Shown in pieces: positions 31,436-40,195 of a stretch of 64,000 bases of DNA. How positions within the stretch are numbered: position 1 is the stretch's first letter; each line of letters opens with the position of its first letter. Source of the stretch: a virus; IMG/VR virus record IMGVR_UViG_3300020583_000224, positions 58,713 through 122,712 of that record, one strand, 5' to 3'. The notes under the pieces were generated by a model, which ran no database searches, was not told the DNA's origin, and saw only the letters and a list, made by a program, of their open reading frames with translations. Made by a program: the position numbers and the translations under genes.

Positions 31436-31957
31436 ATGGCCGACGAGTGGACCGTAGACACGCTGAAGCTGTACGCGGACGCGGCCATCGCGCACGCCAG
31501 CGACGTTGCCCGCATCGCGATCGAAGCAGCGGAGAAGCTCTCCAGTCAACGCTTCGAGGACCAGCAGATCGCGGTCACTGCGGCGCTGGCTGCGCAGAAG
31601 GAAGCCGTCGCTGCGGCGCTTACGGCCGCAGACCGGGCTGTCGCGAAAGCGGAAACCGCAGCTGAGAGACGCTTCGCCTCAGTGAACGAGTTCCGAGCTC
31701 AACTGAGCGACCAGGCGTCGACGTTCATGTCCCGCGCTGAGGCCCTGCTGCAGATCAACGCGAACGCCGAGAAGATCGACGCGTTGTCTGCGCGCATGGA
31801 CCGCGGTGAAGGCGGCCACGCCGGCGCAGCGGAGTCTCGTAGCGAGCAGCGCCAGTCGCAGGCCGCAGGGATCAGCCAGGGCGTACTGGTGTCCATGGGG
31901 ATCGCGATCTTAATCTCGCTTGCGGCGCTCATCACTTCGATCGTGATGCACCACTGA
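31436..31957 (+). CDS. Coiled-coil protein with C-terminal TM helix
   Basis: GGAGG RBS; C-terminal hydrophobic helix. Confidence 0.7.
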   Translation: MADEWTVDTLKLYADAAIAHASDVARIAIEAAEKLSSQRFEDQQIAVTAALAAQKEAVAAALTAADRAVAKAETAAERRFASVNEFRAQLSDQASTFMSRAEALLQINANAEKIDALSARMDRGEGGHAGAAESRSEQRQSQAAGISQGVLVSMGIAILISLAALITSIVMHH

Positions 31958-31967
31958 GGCGGGTGTC

Positions 31968-32258
31968 GTGACCGTCACCGACCACCTGCCCGGCGATGAC
32001 CCGGTCCGGCTCGATGCGGACAACGCGTACCGGCTGTACTGGCGCGCCGATCGTCCCGGCCCGGCCGGGCTCGTCTGGTCGCACCGTCTCGACGACGGCC
32101 GCTGGTGCTCGGTCGAGATCCCGCTCCGAGGCCACGGTCACGGACGCGGCGAGTGGACCGTGATCCTCGACGAACCGCTCACTGTCACCCCAGCACTCCG
32201 ATGCGCGTGTGGCCGCAAGGGCTGGCTGGACGGCGGGACGTGGAGGCCAGCGAAGTGA
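31968..32258 (+). CDS. DUF6527-like Zn-binding protein
   Basis: W.H...C...LTVTPALRC.CG..GW..GTW. Confidence 0.55.
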   Translation: MTVTDHLPGDDPVRLDADNAYRLYWRADRPGPAGLVWSHRLDDGRWCSVEIPLRGHGHGRGEWTVILDEPLTVTPALRCACGRKGWLDGGTWRPAK

Positions 32259-32506
32259 CCGACAAGCCACTTCCTCGAGTCGAGCGCGATCCAGACGACG
32301 ACCACCCCGTGTTCTTCCACCACTGCACGGCGCCCTGGCTTCGCGATGACTCACCGTCCAGGCGCCTCGGCGGGAAGCTGCCGCTCGGCCCGAACGGCTG
32401 GGAATGGCAGGACGATGGGTCGCTTCGGCCGTCGATCCAGTGCCTTGAGGGCTGCGGCACGCACGGTTTCTGGGACGGTCCAGAGCGAGGCTGGCGGCCG
32501 GCGTGA
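32255..32506 (+). CDS. DUF6527-like Zn-binding protein (tandem paralogue)
   Basis: HHC...SLRPSIQC..GCGTHGF. Confidence 0.6.
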   Translation: MTDKPLPRVERDPDDDHPVFFHHCTAPWLRDDSPSRRLGGKLPLGPNGWEWQDDGSLRPSIQCLEGCGTHGFWDGPERGWRPA

Positions 32507-32942
32507 GCCGCTCGGGAAGACGCGGGCGGCCTTGTGCCGCGTCGTCCTGCACCTCCTGATCCCGATCTTGGTCCTCACCGTGGTTTGCGAGGGGCTCGTC
32601 GTCCTGACGCTGCTGCGTATCGCCACGGCGCTCCTGAACTTCCTGGCCAGCAACTGAACCATCCACGCACCAAAAAGGACCAGCGCCATCAGCACCGCAC
32701 TGCTCGACAGGCCCACCCGAGCCGACGCCGGGGACCGAACCATGCGATACCGGCCCCCGCGCCCCGGCGACCTCCTCACCGTCCGCAGCAGCAACCCGTA
32801 CCTCGACGAGGCGCAAGTGGTCGTCGAGACGGTGGCAGACAACGGCGGGTTCTTACTCATCTCCGGCACCTGGGGCACGCACGACCTCGAGGTCGTCCTG
32901 CGCAGGGTTGGCGAACCGCACCTTCAACCACAGGAGAACTAA

Positions 32943-33209
32943 ATGTCCTTCCTCACTCCCGTCATCGACGAGCTCCACGCCATCTGGGCGAAGCTCGAGG
33001 CCGAGGGCCACGCGGTCGCGGCCGACGTCAAGTCCGTGCTCGACAAGCTGAAGGCGGACGCCCCGGCCGTCGAGCAGGAGGCCGTCGCGGACGCCGAGAA
33101 GGTGGCTGCCGACGCGGAGACCGCGGCCAAGCCCGTCGTCGCCGAAGCCGTCAAGGCCGCCGAGACCGTCGCGTCCGAGGCCGCGGCCGACGTCGCCAAG
33201 TCCGCCTGA
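32943..33209 (+). CDS. Ala/Glu-rich small protein
   Basis: AGGAGA RBS. Confidence 0.65.
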   Translation: MSFLTPVIDELHAIWAKLEAEGHAVAADVKSVLDKLKADAPAVEQEAVADAEKVAADAETAAKPVVAEAVKAAETVASEAAADVAKSA

Positions 33210-33247
33210 GCGACCGCCGCACACCACCCACCAAGGAACGAGACACC

Positions 33248-34402
33248 ATGAGCGAGACCCAAGACAGGCGCTACCGCGTCACCTGGCGCAGCACCACACC
33301 GGCTGGCATCGGTAGCACCAGCCTCGAATTCCTCGAAGAGCGCACGATCATCGCCGCCTACTACCGGCGGGACGAAGACCGAATGGTGTTCAAGCGCGCC
33401 GACGGCATGCAGGCGTTCGACGTGGCCGCGGACCTCGTCGAGACGATCGAGGTCGTCGAGGACGCGGCGGTGAGCGCGTAATGCTTACTGGCCGTGCCGC
33501 GCTTCTGCGCCCCGACATCAACGACCTCCACGTCACCGAGGTCGTGCTCGTCGCGCCCGAGGACGCCACCCAGCCCTACATGACTGACGGCGAGTACGCG
33601 CTACTGCTACGCCAGTGGTCCCGGCAGAGCAACACCAAGCGGGTCAACGCGTCCCGTGCACGCAACGCCAGCCGGGACATCCCCACCTCCGGGGCCGAAC
33701 GCCGCCGGGCGAAGAACCACCGGCAGCGCGGCCTCTGCCTCGAACACGTCGCCGCCACTACGCGGTGCACGCACGCGGCGGTCGACGGAACCGGCCGCTG
33801 CGAGCGGCACGCCCCGGACGAGGACGCGTGAACGCCGTGATGCTCGACGACAAGAACTTCCGCCGCGTCATCATCACCTGGCCCGCCCCGACCACTGCGG
33901 GCGTGCTGCCGATCTACGGCGTGACGCTGACCGACGCGGACAGCGGCGAACAGATCGTCTCCGGCCTGAAGCTGGCCCTCACCCTGGGCACCGACACCAG
34001 TTACGACGGCAACATCATCGAGGCCGAAGTCACCGCACTGGTCGACGAAGACGGCCACTTGCTGCCCGCTGGCAAGCGGCCCGTCATCACCGAGGAATAC
34101 GCGGCCCACCGCGCCGCGGCGCCAGAGAAGTTCACCGACGCGTACGGCGAGCACGAAGCCGCATTCAAGGGCCAAGAGCTCCGTACCGGGGTCTTCAAGT
34201 TCGCGGTCGCCGAGATGCGCATCCAGGAGGCCTGATGCTCGCCATTATTGCCGCAGTCCTGTTCGGAGTCGGCTTTGTGCTCGACGGCGCGGGCGACCAC
34301 ACGAACACGTGGCTCTCGCCCGGCGCGCTCGTCCTCGCCGGACTCGCGCTGCTCGCACTACACCTCAGTGGGGTGACATGGACGCGCAGGCCTCCGCAGT
34401 AG
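33248..34402 (+). other. Four coupled hypothetical genes (33248-33481, 33481-33831, 33828-34235, 34235-34402; the last is a small membrane protein)
   Basis: Start/stop overlaps and RBS. Confidence 0.6.
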
Positions 34403-34887
34403 AGCCGCAGCCTGGGGACATCGGCGTAACTCAGATCGGCGGCGACGTCGGCCGACTCATCCGCTTCGGCCAGTGGCTCAACGGCGACGGGTTCGCCAAC
34501 TACGAGCATTGCTTCGTGTTCGTCGGCGATGGCCAGATCGTGGAAGCAGAGCCCGACGGCGCGCGGATCGCTGATCTAGCCGAGTACGACGCACGCACCA
34601 CTGTGTGGGTCCGTTGCCCCGACCAATACCGGACCGCAGTCGCCGAAGCGGCACGCGCCTTCATCGGACGCCCGTACGGGTTCCTCGACTACGCGGTCAT
34701 CGCCGCCCACCACTGGCACCTGCCGATCCCGGGCCTAAGTCGGGTCGCAGCCAGCACCCGGACGATCATCTGCTCGGCGCTCGCCGTCGCAGCCGCGCGC
34801 GCTGGCGGATGGGACCTGCTCGGCACAGAACCCGCCGGGTACATCACACCCGCAGACCTTGCGGCGCTCGCCGACCCGCTGAGCTGA
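34378..34887 (+). CDS. Permuted papain-like NlpC/P60 (YiiX/YaeF-type) enzyme
   Basis: PGDI...H before C order: HCFVFVGDGQIVEA...IGRPYG...ICSAL. Confidence 0.8.
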   Translation: MDAQASAVEPQPGDIGVTQIGGDVGRLIRFGQWLNGDGFANYEHCFVFVGDGQIVEAEPDGARIADLAEYDARTTVWVRCPDQYRTAVAEAARAFIGRPYGFLDYAVIAAHHWHLPIPGLSRVAASTRTIICSALAVAAARAGGWDLLGTEPAGYITPADLAALADPLS

Positions 34888-34922
34888 CGGCCGTTCACCG
34901 ATCGCAGCAAGGGCGGTGACCC

Positions 34923-37900
34923 GTGCCGCTGCCCGGCGACCTCAACAAGATCAGCGTCACGGCGACCTATCAGGACGCTGCGGGCAACCCGCTCGCCGGG
35001 ACCGTCACGTTCACCCCGTCGGCAGACCTCGCTGACTCGACCGGACGCGTCATCCTGCGTGCCGAGCCGATCCCCGCACAGGTCGTTGGCGGCGTCATGA
35101 GCCCGCCATCGCTCGCCTGCACGGATAACGCAAATATCGCCCCGACCGGGTGGACTTGGGCCGTCGTCGAGTACATCTCCGGCGCCAGCGCGAACGTCGC
35201 CACCCGCTCCTACTCGGTCCTGCTGCCGCACACTCTCGGTAGCACCGTGGATCTTTCGACGCTCTCCCCGGTCGTGCCGCAGCCCGGCGTCACCAACTAC
35301 CTGCTCGCGACGAACAACCTCAGCGACCTGTCGAATGCGGCGACCGCCCGCACAAACCTGGGCCTCGGCACCGCCGCGACATCTGCCGCGACGGCGTTCG
35401 CGCAGACCGCGAACAACCTCTCGGATCTGGCCTCGGCGTCCACGGCGCGCACGAACCTGGGGCTCGGGGGAGCGGCCACCGAGAACGTCGGAACCGGCGC
35501 GGGCACTGTCGCGGCCGGGAATGACAGTCGGATCACCGGGGCGCTGCAAACGACCGGCGGCACGATGTCCGGGCCGATCGCCATGGGCAGCAACAAGGTC
35601 ACCGGCTTGGCGAATGGCACCGCCGGGTCTGATGCGGCGGCGTTCGGGCAGATTCCCACCTCGGCCAGCGGCATCGGCGGCCTGCTCGCCGCGAACAACC
35701 TGAGCGACGTTGCGAACGTCACGACGGCGCGCGGGAACCTCTCGGCCGCCGCGTCCGGCTCGAACTCGGACATTACCGCGCTCACCGGTCTGACCACGGC
35801 GCTGCCTGTCTCCGAGGGTGGTACCGGGTCCACGACCGGCCCTGCGGCTCAGGTCGCGCTCGGCGGCGTGTCCTGGTTCAACGTCCAAGCCCCCGCCTAC
35901 GGGGCCAAGGGCGACGGCAACATGGTCGCCGACGCGGCGATGACCGCGACGAGCGCGACGCTCACCTCCGCGACCGCGAACTTCACCGCAGGGGATGTCG
36001 GCAAGCTGGTCCAGGTGCGCGGCGCCGGCGCCGCGGGCGCCGACCTGAACACGACGATCAGCGGGTTCACCAACTCGACGACCGTCACGCTCACGGTCGC
36101 CGCTGGAACCACCGTCAGCGCGGCCACGGCCGTGTACGCCACGGACTCCGCCGCAGCCTGCCAGTCCGCGTTCACCGCCGCGCAGGGCGTGTACTACGGC
36201 ACGACCTACGTGCCGCCGGGCATCTACATGTGGTCGACGTTCGTGTCGATCAGCAAATGCATGCGGATCATGGCGAACGGCGCGCTGATCATCACGACGA
36301 ACTCCGGCGCCCTGAACCTCACCAACACGTTCTTGAGCCCCACGCCCGGGGTGTTCGGGCGCGGCAACGGCCTGGTCATCGAGGGCCTGGAGCTCGACTG
36401 CACCGGCGGCCACAACATCTACAACGTCAACCTGAGCAACTTCAGTTGGCGCGACATGGTCCTCACGCAGCGCTCCTCGAACTTCAGCGCCGTCTGGCAC
36501 GACACGACCGGCACGAACTTCATCGGCGGCGACATCCGCAACGTCCTGACGTACGTGTACGGCTCGGCGCGCACTATCCAGGCCTGGCACCTCGTCTCCC
36601 ACGTCGGCGGCGGCCTCGCCCTGACGAAATGGACCAGGTGCCTGTTCCAGAACCAGGGCGCCGACACCGCGCAGTTCCTGCTGTGGACCGAGGCACGCGG
36701 CGGCACGAACTACACCAACGGGCTCGAGCTCGACAGCTGCGTGTTCACTTCCGCCACTGGCGGCGGCGCCGCGTTCTGGAGCGCGCAGGGCGTCGTGCTC
36801 GTCAACTGCCGGGTCGTCAACTCGAACAACACTGTCAACGGCAACTCGATCTACCGGGTCGGCACCAACACCGGCTCCGGCGTGTCCACGTACACCAGTC
36901 AGGGCGTCACGATCGTCGGCTGCGGCAGGGACCTGCCCGGTCCTGACGGCTCGACCACGTGGGACGTGCACCTCGACTCGACCGTCGACCAGGTCGTCAT
37001 CGAGGCCTACGAGTGCAGGTTCCGCAGCACGGACGCGGCGAAGACCCCGTTCTTCAACCTCAACTCGGCGACCCACGTGCTCGTGCTCGACTGCCCGACC
37101 GCGGTCATCACCAACCCGGGCAACGCCATCCAGATCCCGGTCACCGGCGACGGCAACACGCCCGGCACCGGCGACGGCGCGGTCAGCATCCCGTCGCTCA
37201 CCCTCGGCGCGGCGCTCCCGATCGGGTCCGGCGGCACCGGACAGGCCACCCCGCAGGCCGCGATCAACGCGCTCACGGGCACGCAGTCCGCAGGCAAATA
37301 CCTGCGTTCGGACGGCACCAACGCGAGCCTCGCTTCGATCCAGGCAGCCGACCTGCCCGCCGCGACCACCTCGGTTCAGGGCGCGGTCGTCATCGACGGC
37401 ACCGCCGCCGACATCGCCGCCCTCGGCACCCAAGCCGCAGGCGCCATCGGGAAGTCTGCGGACGCGGGCCACGTCCACCCCACCGCGGGCCTGGTCGACA
37501 CCGCCACCACGCAGAACGTCGGCGGCACGAAGACGTTCACCGGCGAAATCGTCGTTCCGACCCCGGTCAACGCCGGCGACGCCGTCACCAAGGCGTACGC
37601 GGACGCGATCTCCCTCGGCCTGTCCATCAAGGGGTCGGTGCAAGAAGCAACGGCCGCAGCGCTGCCCGCGAACACGTACAGCAACGGCGCCTCGGGCGTC
37701 GGGGCGACACTGACCGGCAACGCCACCGGGACGCTGACGGTCGACGGCGTGACGGTCGCACTCAACGACCGGGTCCTGGTGCAAAACGAGGCGACCGGCG
37801 CGAACAACGGCATCTACCTGTGCACCACGGCCGGGGCGACCGGAGTCGCCTACGTCCTGACCCGCGCCACCGACATGAACACCGCCGCGAAGATCCCCGG

Positions 37901-39056
37901 GGCGTTCACGTTCGTGGAGGCTGGCACCGTGAACTCGGGCGCCGGGTTCGTAGTGGCCTCCGCCGGGCCGTTCACGGTCGGCACGGCTGCGATCAGCTTC
38001 ACCCAGTTCTCCGGAGCCGGGGAGATCACGGCCGGGACCGGCCTGTCCAAGTCCGGCAACACGATCTCGCTCTTCACGCCGGTGGCCTCCGGCAATCTTC
38101 CGGGAGCGACCGCCAGCGCTCAGGGCGCCGTCATCCTTGACGGTACCGCGACGGACATCGCGCCCCTGGGGACCCAGGCCGCTGGTGCGGTCGGCAAAGC
38201 GGCCGACGCCGGGCACGTGCATCCCCTGTCCGCGACGGGCAACGTCCAGACCTTCACAGCGAACGGCACCTGGAATAAGCCAGCGACAGCGACGCAGGTC
38301 ACGGTGATCCTCATCGGCGCGGGTGGCGGCGGAGGATCCGGCGCGGTCGAGAACTCGGGCACGGTCGCCTCCGGCGGCGCCGGTGGCGGCGGCGGCGGTT
38401 ACACGATCAAATCGTTCCCGGCCGCGCTGCTCAGCTCCACCGAGACCGTCACCGTCAGCGCAACCGGCGGAACCGGCGGCGCCGCGGTCGGCACCGCCGC
38501 CTCGGCGGGCAACGCGGGCGGGGCTGGTGGCGCCACCAGCTTCAAGAGCACCTCATGGGCAGTCGCCAACGGCGGTGCGGGCGGCGGCGCAGGCACCACA
38601 GGCGCCGCCACCGGCGGAACCGGCGGCGTCGGGTCCATCAACGGCGGCACCGGCGCAAGCTCCAACGCGGCTGGCGGTGCAGGCGGCACCGGGTCCGGCT
38701 CCAACCAAGGCGGCTCCGGCGGCGGCGCGGGCGGCGGCATGGCCACCACCCCCGCCAACGTCGCAGGCGGCGCGGGCGGCTTGATTCAGTCCTCGTCCGG
38801 CAACCTGGGCGGCACCGCAGGCACATCAGGCGGCGGCTCGGGCGGCGCAGGCAACTCGGCCGGCGTCAACGCGCCCGTCGCAGGAACCGGCGGAGGCGGC
38901 GGAGGAACCCTCACCGCTGGAACCGGCGGCAGCGGCGGCCTAGGCGGCAACTACGGCGGAGGCGGTGGCGGCGGCGCAGGAGCCACCACGGGCCAGAGTT
39001 CGGGTGCAGGCGGAAACGGCGCAGGCGGACTCGCCGTCATCATCTCCCTGAATTAG
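34923..39056 (+). CDS. Large fibre/spike-like virion protein: NNLSD repeats, pectate-lyase-like beta-helix, Gly-rich C-terminus
   Basis: FNVQAPAYGAKGDG...DSAAACQSA...YVPPGIY; three NNLSD repeats; duplicated 43-aa QGAV..DG...DAGHVHP module. Confidence 0.75.
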   Translation: MPLPGDLNKISVTATYQDAAGNPLAGTVTFTPSADLADSTGRVILRAEPIPAQVVGGVMSPPSLACTDNANIAPTGWTWAVVEYISGASANVATRSYSVLLPHTLGSTVDLSTLSPVVPQPGVTNYLLATNNLSDLSNAATARTNLGLGTAATSAATAFAQTANNLSDLASASTARTNLGLGGAATENVGTGAGTVAAGNDSRITGALQTTGGTMSGPIAMGSNKVTGLANGTAGSDAAAFGQIPTSASGIGGLLAANNLSDVANVTTARGNLSAAASGSNSDITALTGLTTALPVSEGGTGSTTGPAAQVALGGVSWFNVQAPAYGAKGDGNMVADAAMTATSATLTSATANFTAGDVGKLVQVRGAGAAGADLNTTISGFTNSTTVTLTVAAGTTVSAATAVYATDSAAACQSAFTAAQGVYYGTTYVPPGIYMWSTFVSISKCMRIMANGALIITTNSGALNLTNTFLSPTPGVFGRGNGLVIEGLELDCTGGHNIYNVNLSNFSWRDMVLTQRSSNFSAVWHDTTGTNFIGGDIRNVLTYVYGSARTIQAWHLVSHVGGGLALTKWTRCLFQNQGADTAQFLLWTEARGGTNYTNGLELDSCVFTSATGGGAAFWSAQGVVLVNCRVVNSNNTVNGNSIYRVGTNTGSGVSTYTSQGVTIVGCGRDLPGPDGSTTWDVHLDSTVDQVVIEAYECRFRSTDAAKTPFFNLNSATHVLVLDCPTAVITNPGNAIQIPVTGDGNTPGTGDGAVSIPSLTLGAALPIGSGGTGQATPQAAINALTGTQSAGKYLRSDGTNASLASIQAADLPAATTSVQGAVVIDGTAADIAALGTQAAGAIGKSADAGHVHPTAGLVDTATTQNVGGTKTFTGEIVVPTPVNAGDAVTKAYADAISLGLSIKGSVQEATAAALPANTYSNGASGVGATLTGNATGTLTVDGVTVALNDRVLVQNEATGANNGIYLCTTAGATGVAYVLTRATDMNTAAKIPGAFTFVEAGTVNSGAGFVVASAGPFTVGTAAISFTQFSGAGEITAGTGLSKSGNTISLFTPVASGNLPGATASAQGAVILDGTATDIAPLGTQAAGAVGKAADAGHVHPLSATGNVQTFTANGTWNKPATATQVTVILIGAGGGGGSGAVENSGTVASGGAGGGGGGYTIKSFPAALLSSTETVTVSATGGTGGAAVGTAASAGNAGGAGGATSFKSTSWAVANGGAGGGAGTTGAATGGTGGVGSINGGTGASSNAAGGAGGTGSGSNQGGSGGGAGGGMATTPANVAGGAGGLIQSSSGNLGGTAGTSGGGSGGAGNSAGVNAPVAGTGGGGGGTLTAGTGGSGGLGGNYGGGGGGGAGATTGQSSGAGGNGAGGLAVIISLN

Positions 39057-39069
39057 GCGGCGAGGGGCG

Positions 39070-39435
39070 GTGACGATGGCCGAACTCCCCGCCGCAGCGG
39101 CAGACGAGATCGCACGGCGCAAAGCCAAAGCCCGCGGCCGGGCACGGCTGAAAGCGCTCGGCATCGACGTCGACACCCTCACCCACGAACAGATCCGCGA
39201 GGCGTACGAAACCTACCGGCAGGCCTACATCGATATGGCCGAGGCCGGGCGGCACATGGAACCCGTCCGGATCGATGGGGATCCGCTGTCAGGAGCCTGC
39301 TTCCACAGTCGTTACGGTCAACTCATTGATGCGATCAGAGACTTTCACGGCGGCCAGCACCCCGAAGGCTGGTCGCCGCCACGGGTCAAATGGCCGACGC
39401 ACCACGAACGCGCGGCAGGCATGCGGGGCAAGTGA
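39070..39435 (+). CDS. Hypothetical protein
   Basis: ORF between the fibre gene and terS. Confidence 0.55.
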   Translation: MTMAELPAAAADEIARRKAKARGRARLKALGIDVDTLTHEQIREAYETYRQAYIDMAEAGRHMEPVRIDGDPLSGACFHSRYGQLIDAIRDFHGGQHPEGWSPPRVKWPTHHERAAGMRGK

Positions 39436-39450
39436 GCAGGAGGCCGAGCC

Positions 39451-40182
39451 GTGATCGAGCGGGCACTGAAGGACGACACCCCCTGCGCCGCCACGTGGCC
39501 CATCACCGGGAAACCGTGCAGGCACCTGCCCATGCCCGGCCTCGACGTGTGCGAAGCCCATCATCCCGACGGCGACCAGCGCGTCCCCCCGCCGTCCGAA
39601 ACAGTCCGGTGCACCGGCACCAACCGGGAATCCGGGGAACGCTGCCGGCGGCCACACCGGCCCGGCGGGAAAGTCTGCAATAAGCACGGCGGCAACGCCC
39701 GTGCCCCCCGCGAAGCCGCCGACCGGCGCGTGGCGATCAAGAAGGCGAGGGAGCGGATGGAAACCTACGGCGCACCCGTCAAAATCGCTCCCGAGCACGC
39801 GCTCCTCGCAGAGATCCACCGCACCGCCGGACACGTCGCCTGGCTCGAACAGCAGGTGCACGCGCTTACCGAGGGCGAGCTCGTGTGGGGCATCACCCGC
39901 GTCAAGGAAGGCGGCGAGGACCGGGGTATCACCGAAGAGGCGGTGCCGCACGCGCTCCTGAAGCTGTACCAGGAAGAACGCGCCCACCTCGTGAAAGCCT
40001 GCGCCGCAGCGCTCCGCGCGGGCATCGAGGAGCGGCAGGTCAAGCTCGCGGAGTCCCAGGGGGCCCTTGTTGCCCAGACGATCCGGGCGATCCTCGGCGA
40101 CCTGAACCTGAACGCGACACAGAAGGCGCTCATCCCCATCATCGTCCCGCAGCGCCTGCGCGAACTCGCGCTCACCAACTGA
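39451..40182 (+). CDS. terS: Terminase small subunit (HGG Zn-motif type)
   Basis: C..C..VCNKHGG; ALLAEIHRTAGHVAWL; immediately upstream of terL. Confidence 0.7.
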   Translation: MIERALKDDTPCAATWPITGKPCRHLPMPGLDVCEAHHPDGDQRVPPPSETVRCTGTNRESGERCRRPHRPGGKVCNKHGGNARAPREAADRRVAIKKARERMETYGAPVKIAPEHALLAEIHRTAGHVAWLEQQVHALTEGELVWGITRVKEGGEDRGITEEAVPHALLKLYQEERAHLVKACAAALRAGIEERQVKLAESQGALVAQTIRAILGDLNLNATQKALIPIIVPQRLRELALTN

Positions 40183-40195
40183 ACCAGAGGGCGGG

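Noticed and set aside
31909-31913. TTA (bldA-dependent) codons in a few genes
   Set aside because: Host genus unknown and occurrences sporadic; no pattern supportable
34689-38222. 1177-aa minus-strand ORF, and similar long antisense ORFs at 41363-43855, 47717-50308, 58156-60933 and 58836-60818
   Set aside because: Shadow ORFs of GC3-biased sense genes with no motifs; unlike 40539-41396, which carries real HTH/HNH motifs and a promoter
38300-39030. GGC-rich tandem repeats
   Set aside because: Explained by the Gly-rich protein domain
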